A DNA stretch of 64,000 bases from Prevotella sp. (GCA_022771625.1 JALFCW010000057.1:7119-71118); one strand, 5' to 3'; counted from the stretch's first letter, positions 7,536-17,667 are shown. Notes: generated by a model from the letters alone, not told the origin. Numbers and translations: made by a program.

Positions 7536-10139
7536 TTGATGAGAAGATTTTATTCGATATTATTGACGCTCTTTGCAGTCACTATCACTGCCACGGCACA
7601 GAAACTCGTGGCCGGCGCACCGTCGCATGTGTCTGTAGGCGAGCAGTTTCGACTCACTTACACTATCAATACGCAGGATGTTGATAATTTCCGTGCAGGC
7701 AATTTCCCTGACGCATTCGAAGTGCTTATGGGACCGAGCACATCACGACAGTCGAGTTTTCAGATGGTTAACGGGCATACTACTTCGTCATCGTCAATCA
7801 CCTTCACATATATCGTCTGTGCCAACAAGAACGGTACGTTCACCATTCCTCCTGCACAGATAAGATGTGACGGAAAGGTGGTGAAATCTAATAGCGTGAA
7901 AATCAATGTCAGCGGACGACAGCAGGCGCAGCGAGGCGGTGGCGGAGGAGGATATGACAACGAACCGCAGATGCGACCATCTGGAAGCCATATCTCGGGC
8001 TCCGACCTTTTCATCAAGGTGAGCGCCAACAAGCAGCGTGTGCATGAGCAGGAACCGATTCTGCTGACATATAAGGTTTACACGCTCGTGCAACTTACCC
8101 GACTCGACGGTAAGATGCCCGACCTTAAGGGATTCCATACACAGGAAGTGCAGTTGCCACAGCAGAAGAGTTTCAAGGTCGAGACATACAACGGCCGTCC
8201 TTATCGCACTGTCACTTGGAGCCAATACGTGATGTTCCCGCAGATGACAGGAAAACTCGAGATTCCATCCATCACATTCGATGGAACTGTTGTCATGCAG
8301 AATAGGGATATCGATCCTTTCGAGGCATTCTTCAACGGCGGTTCGGGATATGTGGAGATGAAAAAGAAGATAAAGGCTCCGGGAATAACGATTCAGGTGG
8401 ATCCGCTGCCTAATCGTCCCGCTGACTTCTCGGGTGGAGTGGGAAAATTCAATATTTCCGCCCAACTCACTCCGGCTTCCATCAAGACCAACGATGCGGT
8501 CACTCTCAGGGTGATTGTAAGCGGTGTAGGCAATCTCAAACTCATCAAGGAGCCTGTGGTTGTTTTCCCCAAGGATTTCGACCGATATGACGCAAAGGTG
8601 ACCGACAAGACCAAACTCACTGCAAATGGTGTTGAGGGAAGTATGATATACGACTTCATCGCCGTACCGCGCAATGCCGGAAAATATGAGATTCCACCGG
8701 TGAAATTCGTGTATTACGACACTTCAACCAATAAATATGCCACAATCGAGAGCAAGGGCTTTTCATTGAATGTGGCACAAGGAGCCAAGGGTGGCGGAGT
8801 GAGCGATTTCACTGGTCAGGATGTTGACTTGCTCAACAAGGACATTCGCCATATCAAAACCACTCCTGAGGAGTTGCACGGTGTCAATGAGTTCTTCTTC
8901 GGCTCCACATCCTATTGGGTTACACTCGCATTGCTTGCCATTGCCTTTATCTCGCTCTTCGTGATATTCCGCCAGCGTGCCATCGACAACGCAAATATCG
9001 GTAAGATGCGCGGAAAGAAGGCCAACAAGGTGGCTACAAAACGACTGCGCGTTGCCAATAAACTGATGAATGCCGGACGCTCAAGCGAATTCTATGACGA
9101 AGTGTTGCGTGCTCTTTGGGGATATGTTGGCGACAAACTTAATATGCCCGTTGAGAGTCTGTCACGCGAAAACATCTCGCAGCGTCTTAGCGAGCGTGAT
9201 GTGAGCGAGGCTAATGTGAAACTCTTCATCAGCGCCCTCGACGAATGTGAGTTTGAACGTTATGCTCCAGGCGACGCCAAGGGTAATATGAACAAGACAT
9301 TCAATGCGGCAATGACTGCCATCGAGAATATTGAAGATACAATGAAAAAGAGAAAGAAAGTGAAGACTGCAGGATTGGGATTGCTGCTTCTCGTTATCAG
9401 CATCGCCATTCCATCTGCTGCCCAAGCACAGAAATCGTCCGCTCCCGTGCATGTCACTAAGGCTATGGGTGATTCTGCCTATGTACGTCAGCAATATCAG
9501 CAAGCCATTGCCGACTATGAGGCTCTGCTCAAGAAAGGCGTGAGTGCAGATGTATATTATAATCTCGGAAATGCCTATTATCGCACCGACAACATCACGC
9601 GTGCAGTCATCAACTACGAGCGCGCACTATTGCTGTCGCCCGGCGATCCCGACATACGAGTCAATCTCCAACTGGCTCGCAGCAAGACCATCGACAAGAT
9701 CACTCCCGAGTCGGAGATGTTCTTCGTCACTTGGTATCGCTCGCTCGTCAATATCATGAGTGTCGATGGATGGGCTACGATGTCGCTCGTTTCTCTTGCC
9801 ATTGCCATCATACTTGCCCTGTGTTATCTGTTCTCAAGCAGGGTTTGGATGCAGAAAACCGGATTCTTCGGCGCCTTGGCAATGATTGTCATCTTCGGAT
9901 TGTCTAATCTCTTTGCATGGCAACAGAAGGACCAGCTTGTCAATCGCACCGGAGCCATTGTCATTTCTCCTGCAGCTGCCGTCAAAAGCACGCCCGCAAA
10001 TGGCGGCACCGACTTGTTTATCATTCACGAGGGAACAAAGGTGGAAATCACCGACTCCTCGATGAAGGAATGGAAGGAAGTGCGCATTGCCGACGGTAAG
10101 GAGGGATGGATAAAGGCTTCGATGATTGAAATGATATAA
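7536..10139 (+). CDS. batD: BatD-like oxygen-tolerance protein fused in frame to a BatE-like TPR/SH3 protein
   Basis: 867 aa; the ATG at 7539 is the likely start. It has a signal peptide and a BatD-like body of about 602 aa. An internal in-frame ATG at 9342 begins MKKRKKVKTAGLGLLLLVISIAIPSAAQA. TPR repeats follow (ADVYYNLGNAYYRTDNITRAVINYERALLLSPGDPD), then TM segments and an SH3-like end (KEWKEVRIADGKEGWIKASMIE). Confidence 0.8.
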   Translation: MMRRFYSILLTLFAVTITATAQKLVAGAPSHVSVGEQFRLTYTINTQDVDNFRAGNFPDAFEVLMGPSTSRQSSFQMVNGHTTSSSSITFTYIVCANKNGTFTIPPAQIRCDGKVVKSNSVKINVSGRQQAQRGGGGGGYDNEPQMRPSGSHISGSDLFIKVSANKQRVHEQEPILLTYKVYTLVQLTRLDGKMPDLKGFHTQEVQLPQQKSFKVETYNGRPYRTVTWSQYVMFPQMTGKLEIPSITFDGTVVMQNRDIDPFEAFFNGGSGYVEMKKKIKAPGITIQVDPLPNRPADFSGGVGKFNISAQLTPASIKTNDAVTLRVIVSGVGNLKLIKEPVVVFPKDFDRYDAKVTDKTKLTANGVEGSMIYDFIAVPRNAGKYEIPPVKFVYYDTSTNKYATIESKGFSLNVAQGAKGGGVSDFTGQDVDLLNKDIRHIKTTPEELHGVNEFFFGSTSYWVTLALLAIAFISLFVIFRQRAIDNANIGKMRGKKANKVATKRLRVANKLMNAGRSSEFYDEVLRALWGYVGDKLNMPVESLSRENISQRLSERDVSEANVKLFISALDECEFERYAPGDAKGNMNKTFNAAMTAIENIEDTMKKRKKVKTAGLGLLLLVISIAIPSAAQAQKSSAPVHVTKAMGDSAYVRQQYQQAIADYEALLKKGVSADVYYNLGNAYYRTDNITRAVINYERALLLSPGDPDIRVNLQLARSKTIDKITPESEMFFVTWYRSLVNIMSVDGWATMSLVSLAIAIILALCYLFSSRVWMQKTGFFGALAMIVIFGLSNLFAWQQKDQLVNRTGAIVISPAAAVKSTPANGGTDLFIIHEGTKVEITDSSMKEWKEVRIADGKEGWIKASMIEMI

Positions 10140-10178
10140 ATGATTGAAATAAAATACATAATATAAATCCGCAAGACT

Positions 10179-10877
10179 ATGGATATGGACACAATCATAC
10201 AGATGGACAAGCAACTGCTGTTGGCAATCAATGGCAGCGACTCGCTCTTCGTCGATTATTTGGCGAAGACGCTCACCACTGCTGCCACATGGATTCCTCT
10301 GTATGTATCACTGTTCTATGTTGTGGTGAAGAACAACGACAACTTCCGACGCATCATCTGTATCCTCGCTTGTGCAGGATTGTGCGTACTCTTTGCCGGA
10401 ACGGTTGATGACTTGCTCGTCAAACCGCTTGTGGCGAGATTGCGACCTACACACGATTTCCAGATCGGAATGTTGGTTGACACTGTTGACGGATATCGTG
10501 GTGGCAAGTATGGATTCTTCTCCGCACATGCCGCCAACACCTTCAGTATAGCCGTCTTCTTCTCATTGCTCATGCGCAGTCGTCTCGTTACATTGCTTCT
10601 TGTAGGATGGTCGCTCACAAATTGTTGGACCCGACTCTATCTCGGTGTCCACTATCCGCTCGACATCCTTTGCGGACTTTTATGGGGCGGAAGCGTCGGT
10701 ACGGGAATTTATTTTCTCTACAGATATGTTGACAGGCGATTGCTACATTCCGAAAATGATTATGTGTCATCCAAATATACATCGTCTGGCTATAGATATT
10801 CCGACATATATATTGTGGCGCTAGTGCTCTCACTGACACTCATCTACTGCATATTGCGCAGTCTTATTCTGGCATAA
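10179..10877 (+). CDS. PAP2-family membrane phosphatase (undecaprenyl-diphosphatase / phosphatidate phosphatase type)
   Basis: 232 aa, multi-TM. The three PAP2 motifs are visible: KPLVARLRP, FFSAHAAN and TRLYLGVHYPLD. Confidence 0.8.
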   Translation: MDMDTIIQMDKQLLLAINGSDSLFVDYLAKTLTTAATWIPLYVSLFYVVVKNNDNFRRIICILACAGLCVLFAGTVDDLLVKPLVARLRPTHDFQIGMLVDTVDGYRGGKYGFFSAHAANTFSIAVFFSLLMRSRLVTLLLVGWSLTNCWTRLYLGVHYPLDILCGLLWGGSVGTGIYFLYRYVDRRLLHSENDYVSSKYTSSGYRYSDIYIVALVLSLTLIYCILRSLILA

Positions 10878-10887
10878 ATACAAATTA

Positions 10888-12138
10888 TTGATTATGGATC
10901 CAAGACATATACATATATCTGATTATAACTATCCGCTGCCCGACGAGAGAATTGCAAAATTCCCGTTGACACAGCGCGATCATTCCAAACTGCTCGTCTT
11001 CGACCATGGAGACATCAGTGAGGATATCTTCTATAATATCCCGTCGCATCTACCCAAAGGTGCTCTTATGGTATTCAATAACACAAGGGTGATTCAGGCG
11101 CGAATGCATTTCCGCAAGGAAACGGGTGCGCTCATCGAGGTGTTCTTGCTTGAACCGGCTGAGCCAGTTGACTACGAACTGATGTTTCAAACCAATGGTC
11201 ATTGTGCATGGCATTGTCTTGTGGGCAATCTAAAGAAATGGAAAGAAGGCAAACTGAGTCGCACCTTCGAGGTCAACGGCAAGTCGGTTTGTCTCTCGGT
11301 AGAGCGTCTGCATGAGGAGCGCACAAGTCATTGGGTGGATTTCCAATGGGATAACCACGAAGTGTCGTTTGCCGAGATTCTTGATATTGCCGGCGAATTG
11401 CCTATACCGCCATATCTCAACCGCGAATCTCAGGAGAGCGACAAGACGACTTATCAGACTGTCTATTCTAAAATCAAAGGTTCTGTTGCTGCTCCAACAG
11501 CCGGATTGCATTTCACCGACAATGTGCTCGCCGAAATCGATGCTCATGGTATTGAGCGCGAGGAACTTACATTGCATGTTGGTGCGGGAACATTCAAACC
11601 CGTGAAAAGTGAGGAAATCGAGGGCCACGAGATGCACACCGAATATATATGTGTCAACAAGCAGACTATCGACAAACTCATTGCCCATGGCGGAAAGGCT
11701 ATCGCCGTAGGTACGACGAGTGTGCGCACTCTCGAAAGTCTTTATTATATGGGAGTGAAACTCCATGCTAATCCTAATCTCACAGAAGAGCAACTACATG
11801 TTACTCAGTGGGAACCATACGAGTATGCTGAGCGTCTTGCCACCGAAGGCAATGCTCCGCTCGATACTGTTGAGGCTCTGCGCGCCATCAGCGATTACCT
11901 CGACCGCAATTCGCGCAAGTCGCTACATTCTTCCACTCAGATTATCATCGCACCAGGATTCAAATATCGCATTGTGAACATCCTCGTCACCAATTTCCAT
12001 CAGCCGCAGAGCACTCTCCTCTTGCTGGTCAGTGCTCTTGTCAATGGCCATTGGCGATGCATATACGATTATGCACTCTCTCACGACTTCAGATTCCTGA
12101 GCTATGGTGACAGCTGCTTGATAAAGGTTGAAGATTGA
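10888..12138 (+). CDS. queA: S-adenosylmethionine:tRNA ribosyltransferase-isomerase
   Basis: 416 aa. The track start is a TTG; the ATG at 10894 is more likely. QueA-typical N-terminus (YNYPLPDERIAKFPLTQRDHSKLLV), the HVGAGTFKPV motif and TNFHQPQSTLLLLVSA. Confidence 0.9.
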   Translation: MIMDPRHIHISDYNYPLPDERIAKFPLTQRDHSKLLVFDHGDISEDIFYNIPSHLPKGALMVFNNTRVIQARMHFRKETGALIEVFLLEPAEPVDYELMFQTNGHCAWHCLVGNLKKWKEGKLSRTFEVNGKSVCLSVERLHEERTSHWVDFQWDNHEVSFAEILDIAGELPIPPYLNRESQESDKTTYQTVYSKIKGSVAAPTAGLHFTDNVLAEIDAHGIEREELTLHVGAGTFKPVKSEEIEGHEMHTEYICVNKQTIDKLIAHGGKAIAVGTTSVRTLESLYYMGVKLHANPNLTEEQLHVTQWEPYEYAERLATEGNAPLDTVEALRAISDYLDRNSRKSLHSSTQIIIAPGFKYRIVNILVTNFHQPQSTLLLLVSALVNGHWRCIYDYALSHDFRFLSYGDSCLIKVED

Positions 12139-12152
12139 AAGCTGAAGATTGA
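12129..12152. repeat. two copies of the decamer TGAAGATTGA (14-nt period), the first containing the queA stop codon
   Basis: Read directly as TGAAGATTGAaagcTGAAGATTGA. The same motif forms the grpE-dnaJ spacer array at 45713-45748. Confidence 0.7.
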
Positions 12153-12184
12153 GCAGGTGCAAAACAAAAAATAAATTATATAAT

Positions 12185-13264
12185 ATGAAAATAGGAGATA
12201 AAGTAAAATTCGTAAGTGAAGTGGGCGGCGGAAAAGTTGCCGGCTTCCAGGGAAACAAAATAGTGCTTGTGGAGGATGAGGACGGCTTCCAGATTCCTAC
12301 ACCGATAAATGATGTTGTTGTGGTGAATGAAGAAGACTACAGTACATCGAAAATCGTTGCTGACAAAGTGCAGAAGAAAGGTATTCAGATACCCGACGAC
12401 GACTATGACTATGATCCTTCCGAACGTCCAGTGACATTCAAGGCTCCGGCTGAAGAGCGCAAAGGCGGCGACAAACTCAATGCCTACATCGCCTTCGTGC
12501 CAATGGATGTCAAGGCCATCACTTCGTCCCGATTCGAGACATATATCGTCAACGACAGCAACTATTATATACATTATATTTATATGACTGCAGAAGGCAA
12601 CAGTTGGACTCTTCGTGCGGCAGGAGAAGTTGATCCCAACACCAAACTCTTTGTCGAGGAGTTTGGTCGTGAGGATCTTGCTGCTATGGAGCATATCACA
12701 GTGCAACTCATAGCCTACAAGCGTAAGAAACCATTCCTCAAGAAACCAGTGATCGACTCCGAATTCCGTATCGACCCGGTGAAATTCTATAAGCTGCACA
12801 CATTCGAGGAGAATGATTTCTTTGAGCAGCCAGCGCTTATCCACACTATCGTAGAAAACGATCAACTGCCTCGTCCTCTGGTTATTGACCCTAAGACGTT
12901 AAAGAAAGAGATGATGCAGAAGGTGAAGGCCGACATGGCTCGCCCTGTGTCTCATGCCCCGAAACCAAAGGACGACAAAGATGCTCCGATTGTAGTGGAT
13001 TTACATATCAATGCCCTACTCGACTCTACTGCCGGAATGTCCAATTCAGATATCCTCAACTATCAGTTGGAGAAGGTGCGCAATACCATATTCGAATACA
13101 AAAACCAGAAAGGTCGAAAGATTGTATTCATCCATGGCAAGGGTGAAGGTGTGCTTCGTCAGGCTGTCATCCATGAGTTGCGATATCGATTCAAGAATAT
13201 GCCATATCAGGACGCATCGTTCCAGGAGTACGGATATGGCGCTACACAAGTAACGATAAAATAA
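12185..13264 (+). CDS. Smr-domain protein with an N-terminal domain of unknown function
   Basis: The track ORF starts at 12149; the ATG at 12185 (MKIGDKVKF) is the more likely start. The C-terminal Smr signature reads DLHINALLDS ... KIVFIHGKGEGVLRQAVIHELR. Confidence 0.75.
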   Translation: MKIGDKVKFVSEVGGGKVAGFQGNKIVLVEDEDGFQIPTPINDVVVVNEEDYSTSKIVADKVQKKGIQIPDDDYDYDPSERPVTFKAPAEERKGGDKLNAYIAFVPMDVKAITSSRFETYIVNDSNYYIHYIYMTAEGNSWTLRAAGEVDPNTKLFVEEFGREDLAAMEHITVQLIAYKRKKPFLKKPVIDSEFRIDPVKFYKLHTFEENDFFEQPALIHTIVENDQLPRPLVIDPKTLKKEMMQKVKADMARPVSHAPKPKDDKDAPIVVDLHINALLDSTAGMSNSDILNYQLEKVRNTIFEYKNQKGRKIVFIHGKGEGVLRQAVIHELRYRFKNMPYQDASFQEYGYGATQVTIK

Positions 13265-13271
13265 AACGATT

Positions 13272-15230
13272 ATGAAATACGGATATGCAACTGTAGCCGC
13301 TGCCATACCGAGTGTAAAGGTGGCTGACACCAACTACAACGTCGCCCAGATATTGTCAATGATAACCGAGGCTGATGAGCGCGGTGTGGAGATAATTGTC
13401 TTCCCCGAACTCTCGGTCACAGGATATACTTGTCAGGACCTTTTCCGTTCCGACATCCTATTGCGACGTGCCGAGGAATCGCTCATCTCCCTTCTCAACG
13501 ACACCCGTAAGATGGACATCATATCCATCGTGGGAATGCCGGTGGCTGTTGATGGTCTGCTCCTCAATTGCGCTGTGGTCATCCAGCAAGGTGCAGTAAT
13601 TGGTATTGTTCCCAAAACATATCTGCCCAACTACAGTGAGTTCTACGAAAAACGATGGTTTGCCTCGTCACAGGATCTCACCGACGAGCGCACAATATAT
13701 ATAGCTGGCAGTCCGGCTGTCATATCCTCTCGCCCCAAGGTGTTCACCACTGGCGACGGTCTAAAATTCGGTATCGAAATATGCGAGGATGTATGGGCTC
13801 CCGTGCCGCCGAGCAATAATCTCGCCCTTGCCGGAGCTGACGTTATATTCAATCTCTCGGCAAGCGACGAACTCATCGGCAAGCATGCTTATCTGCGTTC
13901 GCTGCTCTCACAACAGAGCGCCCGCACTATCAGCGGTTATGTCTATGCGTCAAGTGGATTTGGCGAGAGCACTCAGGATGTAGTATATGGCGGAAATGCC
14001 ATCATCTTCGAGAATGGCAAAATGCTTGCCGAGGCAAAGCGATTCTCTCTCCAACCGCAGTTGGAGATACAACAGATCGACATCGACCGCATCAGGGCAG
14101 AGCGCCGTTCCAACACTACCTTCGTCAATGCCCAGCGTCATGGCGAGGCGGATATCATTAGTGCCAAGACGGTTGTGCCGCGCACCGACTTCACTATGCT
14201 TCATCCAGTGGAGGCTTTGCCATTTATCCCAAAAACCGGCGATATGTCGGCATCGTGCGAGGAAATACTTAATATACAGATGTCCGGTCTTGCCAAGCGT
14301 CTCCATCACACTGGTTGCAAGCATGTAGTAGTGGGCATCAGTGGTGGACTCGACTCTACCCTCGCCCTTCTCGTATGCGTGCGCACCTTCGACTATCTAT
14401 CGCTCGACCGCCGAGGCATCTTTGGCATCACTATGCCAGGATTCGGAACTACCGACCGCACCCACGACAATGCCGTATCACTGATGGCTTCGCTTGGTGT
14501 CACTTCTGTCGAGATTCCCATCGCCAAGAGTGTCACACAGCATTTCGAGGATATCGGTCACGACATCTCGGTGCATGATGTGACATACGAGAATGGTCAG
14601 GCTCGCGAGCGCACACAGATTCTTATGGATTATGCCAATAAGGTAAACGGTATGGTTATCGGTACTGGCGACCTTAGCGAACTCGCCCTCGGATGGGCTA
14701 CATACAACGGCGATCACATGTCGATGTATGGAGTCAACGCCAGCATTCCCAAGACTCTCATCCGCCATCTCGTCAGCTATATCGCATCTAATGATGTGGA
14801 TGAAAACAGTCGCACTACTCTTCTCGATATCATCGACACTCCAATTAGTCCTGAATTGATTCCTGCCGATGAAAACGGCAATATCAAGCAGAAAACGGAA
14901 GATCTTGTAGGTCCATACATACTCCACGATTTCTTCCTCTACAACTATCTCCGCTTCGGTTTTGCGCCTTCGCGCCTCCTGCTTATGGCAGAAAAGGCAT
15001 TTGATGGCAGCAATCCCGATGCCGGCACTTTCGACCGCGCCACAATCCTTCATTGGATGCACACTTTCTTCCGTCGTTTCTTTGCCCAGCAGTTCAAGCG
15101 TTCCTGTCTGCCCGATGGACCTAAAGTCGGTTCCGTCAGTCTTAGTCCTCGTGGCGACTGGCGAATGCCAAGCGATGCTTCGTCAAGCCTTTGGCTGGAG
15201 GAAATAGAGTCGCTGCGCGAAATATTATAA
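13272..15230 (+). CDS. nadE: glutamine-dependent NAD+ synthetase (CN-hydrolase domain plus NAD synthetase domain)
   Basis: 652 aa. N-terminal nitrilase-like domain (FPELSVTGYTCQDLF; GIEICEDVW). The synthetase domain carries the PP-loop GISGGLDSTLALLV. Confidence 0.92.
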   Translation: MKYGYATVAAAIPSVKVADTNYNVAQILSMITEADERGVEIIVFPELSVTGYTCQDLFRSDILLRRAEESLISLLNDTRKMDIISIVGMPVAVDGLLLNCAVVIQQGAVIGIVPKTYLPNYSEFYEKRWFASSQDLTDERTIYIAGSPAVISSRPKVFTTGDGLKFGIEICEDVWAPVPPSNNLALAGADVIFNLSASDELIGKHAYLRSLLSQQSARTISGYVYASSGFGESTQDVVYGGNAIIFENGKMLAEAKRFSLQPQLEIQQIDIDRIRAERRSNTTFVNAQRHGEADIISAKTVVPRTDFTMLHPVEALPFIPKTGDMSASCEEILNIQMSGLAKRLHHTGCKHVVVGISGGLDSTLALLVCVRTFDYLSLDRRGIFGITMPGFGTTDRTHDNAVSLMASLGVTSVEIPIAKSVTQHFEDIGHDISVHDVTYENGQARERTQILMDYANKVNGMVIGTGDLSELALGWATYNGDHMSMYGVNASIPKTLIRHLVSYIASNDVDENSRTTLLDIIDTPISPELIPADENGNIKQKTEDLVGPYILHDFFLYNYLRFGFAPSRLLLMAEKAFDGSNPDAGTFDRATILHWMHTFFRRFFAQQFKRSCLPDGPKVGSVSLSPRGDWRMPSDASSSLWLEEIESLREIL

Positions 15231-15251
15231 TTAAAGCATTTAAAGATTGAA

Positions 15252-15259
15252 TACATTTG
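15252..15259 (+). promoter_or_regulatory. candidate -7 promoter box (TAcaTTTG) for the GH53 gene
   Basis: TACATTTG lies about 34 nt upstream of the ATG at 15293. Confidence 0.35.
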
Positions 15260-15292
15260 TCAATAGCAAACATAATAATAATAACATTGCGT

Positions 15293-16540
15293 ATGAAAAC
15301 CAGAAAACTGATCTTAGCGGCAATGCTCATGATGGCATCCGCAGTGCAGGCACAAAAGTATGTCGGTGGCGACATATCTTGCCTCACCGACAACGAATCC
15401 AAGAAAGCCCAGTATCTTGACTACGACGGCAAGGCTTGTCCTGCCCTTGACCTGTTCAAACAGGAAAAGCTCAATGCCATGCGTGTGCGCCTCTTTGTCT
15501 ATCCATCCGACTATCCCAACAACGATCCCAACTGCTGTCAGACTCTTGACTATGTAAAGGCTCTCGGCAAGCGTATCAAGGATGCCGGATTTAAACTCAT
15601 GCTCGACTTCCACTATTCCGACACATGGGCAGATCCCGCCAAGCAGTGGACACCTAAATCATGGGAGACTCTCTCCGACGCCGAGCTCTACACCAAGATT
15701 TATGAATATACCAAGGATGTGCTGCAGCAGATGAAAGATGCAGGCGCCACTCCCGATTTCATCCAGACAGGCAACGAGATTAGCTATGGAATGTTGTGGG
15801 GCAAGGAAGGCAGCAGCAACCTCAAGAAATGCTACTTAGGTTCTAACGCCAACTGGAGCCGTTTCACTACCCTACTAAAAAATGCAGGCAAGGCTTGTCG
15901 AGAAATCTGTCCCGATGCCAAGATTATCTTGCATACCGAGCGCGCTACACAGACAAACGTACTTACCAATTTCTATGACAAAATGAAGACCGACAATGTG
16001 GATTACGACATCATCGGACTTAGTTATTATCCAGTATGGCACAACACGATCTCAACACTCGAAACTGCCATCAAAATTCTTGAAAGCAGATATACCGACA
16101 AGAATATTATGATTGTGGAAGTGGGATATGCATATAGTTGGGAATACAAAGGCGACTATAACCTATACTCTACCTATGAAGCATCAGAAGCCGGACAGAA
16201 AGCATTCACTGATGACCTTATCACCATGCTCAACAAGCACGATTCTGTTAACGGACTCTTCTGGTGGTGGATGGAGTATAATCCTTATCCCTGGGCTGAC
16301 ACACAAATGAATGATTGGTGGTATGCCCCGCTTTATAATGGCAATACCGGCAAACCGCTTGCAGCAATGTCAAGTCTTAAGGATTTCCTTGGAGAGGAAT
16401 CTGGCATTCATGGTATTGAAGCCGATGATTCTGATGTCTCTTACAACAACGTATGGACAACGCTCAACGGCATACGCACCGCCAAACCAACCCGCCCGGG
16501 ATTATATATACATAACGGCAAGAAGGTCATAGTGCGTTAA
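15293..16540 (+). CDS. secreted arabinogalactan endo-beta-1,4-galactanase (GH53)
   Basis: The track ORF starts at 15257; the ATG at 15293 gives a signal peptide (MKTRKLILAAMLMMASAVQA). GH53 motifs present: MRVRLFV, DFHYSDTWADPAKQ, QTGNEISYGMLW (acid/base Glu) and IVEVGYAY (nucleophile Glu). Confidence 0.85.
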   Translation: MKTRKLILAAMLMMASAVQAQKYVGGDISCLTDNESKKAQYLDYDGKACPALDLFKQEKLNAMRVRLFVYPSDYPNNDPNCCQTLDYVKALGKRIKDAGFKLMLDFHYSDTWADPAKQWTPKSWETLSDAELYTKIYEYTKDVLQQMKDAGATPDFIQTGNEISYGMLWGKEGSSNLKKCYLGSNANWSRFTTLLKNAGKACREICPDAKIILHTERATQTNVLTNFYDKMKTDNVDYDIIGLSYYPVWHNTISTLETAIKILESRYTDKNIMIVEVGYAYSWEYKGDYNLYSTYEASEAGQKAFTDDLITMLNKHDSVNGLFWWWMEYNPYPWADTQMNDWWYAPLYNGNTGKPLAAMSSLKDFLGEESGIHGIEADDSDVSYNNVWTTLNGIRTAKPTRPGLYIHNGKKVIVR

Positions 16541-16579
16541 TAATTGGATAGTAATACGTATAAAACGTCGCATTTTTAA

Positions 16580-16606
16580 CTGAAACGCTGAAACACTGAA
16601 ACGCTG
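16580..16606. repeat. tandem octamer CTGAAACR x3 (+CTG) upstream of the EamA gene
   Basis: Read directly as CTGAAACG CTGAAACA CTGAAACG CTG, about 37 nt upstream of the ATG at 16643. Confidence 0.7.
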
Positions 16607-16642
16607 TCTTAAATAGACAATATCAAAATTGAATTAAAAAAG

Positions 16643-17560
16643 ATGTATTGGGTAATATTAGCATTTATGTCGGCAACCCTCTTGGGGTTCTACGACTCGT
16701 TTAAGAAGAAGGCATTGAAGGGCAATGCAGTGATACCCGTGTTGTTTCTCAACACGTTGCTCTCATCGGCGATATTCATTCCGTTCATTGCCATAAGCTA
16801 TACGTCAAACGCTCTCGACGGGACGATATTCCACGTGGGCAGTGGCGGCTGGGAGATGCACAAGTTTATTGTGCTCAAAAGCCTGATAGTGTTGAGCAGT
16901 TGGATATTGGGTTATTTCGGTATCAAGCATCTGCCGCTGTCTATCGTAGGTCCTATCAATGCCACGCGCCCCGTTATGACACTTGTGGGAGCTATGCTCG
17001 TATTCGGCGAGCGACTCAATGCTTGGCAATGGGCTGGAGTCACACTTGCCGTAGTGTCGTTCCTTATGTTGAGCCGCAGCGGAAAGAAAGAAGGCATCGA
17101 CTTCAAGCGCGATCATTGGATATGGATGATTGTTGGAGCTGCCCTCTTGGGAGCCATCAGCGGATTGTATGACAAGTATCTGATGGCACCTGTTGAGAGC
17201 GGCGGAGCAGGACTCGACAAGATGATGGTGCAGAGCTGGTATGTGGTGTATCAATGCCTCTTGATGGGAGCGATGCTCATGATTCTGTGGTGGCCAAAAA
17301 GAAAGCAGACGACACCATTTCATTGGGATTGGAGCATCGTGTGCGTTAGTGTGTTCCTCAGTGCCGCCGATTTTGTCTATTTTTATGCGCTCACCCAACC
17401 AGAGGCGATGATCAGCATAGTGTCGATGATACGTCGCGGAAGCGTTCTTGTGAGCTTCGCCTGTGCCGCAATCTTCTTCCATGAGAAGAATCTCAAGGCC
17501 AAGGCCGTTGACCTCGCCCTTGTGCTCCTCGGAATGATATGCCTGTATATCGGATCGTAG
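16643..17560 (+). CDS. EamA/DMT-superfamily transporter
   Basis: 305 aa with roughly ten hydrophobic segments in two halves, the typical drug/metabolite transporter layout. Confidence 0.7.
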   Translation: MYWVILAFMSATLLGFYDSFKKKALKGNAVIPVLFLNTLLSSAIFIPFIAISYTSNALDGTIFHVGSGGWEMHKFIVLKSLIVLSSWILGYFGIKHLPLSIVGPINATRPVMTLVGAMLVFGERLNAWQWAGVTLAVVSFLMLSRSGKKEGIDFKRDHWIWMIVGAALLGAISGLYDKYLMAPVESGGAGLDKMMVQSWYVVYQCLLMGAMLMILWWPKRKQTTPFHWDWSIVCVSVFLSAADFVYFYALTQPEAMISIVSMIRRGSVLVSFACAAIFFHEKNLKAKAVDLALVLLGMICLYIGS

Positions 17561-17623
17561 TATTCCTTTAATCATCCTTATATTAACCTCCGTAGATCCA
17601 ATAATCATCCTCCAACTCCCAAT

Positions 17624-17667
17624 CGAAGGATGAACGAAGGATGAACGAAGGTTGATCGAAGGATGAT
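17624..17667. repeat. tandem 11-mer CGAAGGATGAA x4 (last two copies degenerate)
   Basis: Read directly as CGAAGGATGAA CGAAGGATGAA CGAAGGTTGAT CGAAGGATGAT. The complementary ATCATCCT occurs twice just upstream (about 17571 and 17604). Confidence 0.75.

Noticed and set aside
7921-7950. Gly-run (GGGGGG) in BatD-E considered as a slippage-prone tract
   Set aside because: The codons are mixed (GGC GGT GGC GGA GGA GGA) and do not form a homopolymer, so slipped-strand phase variation is unlikely.
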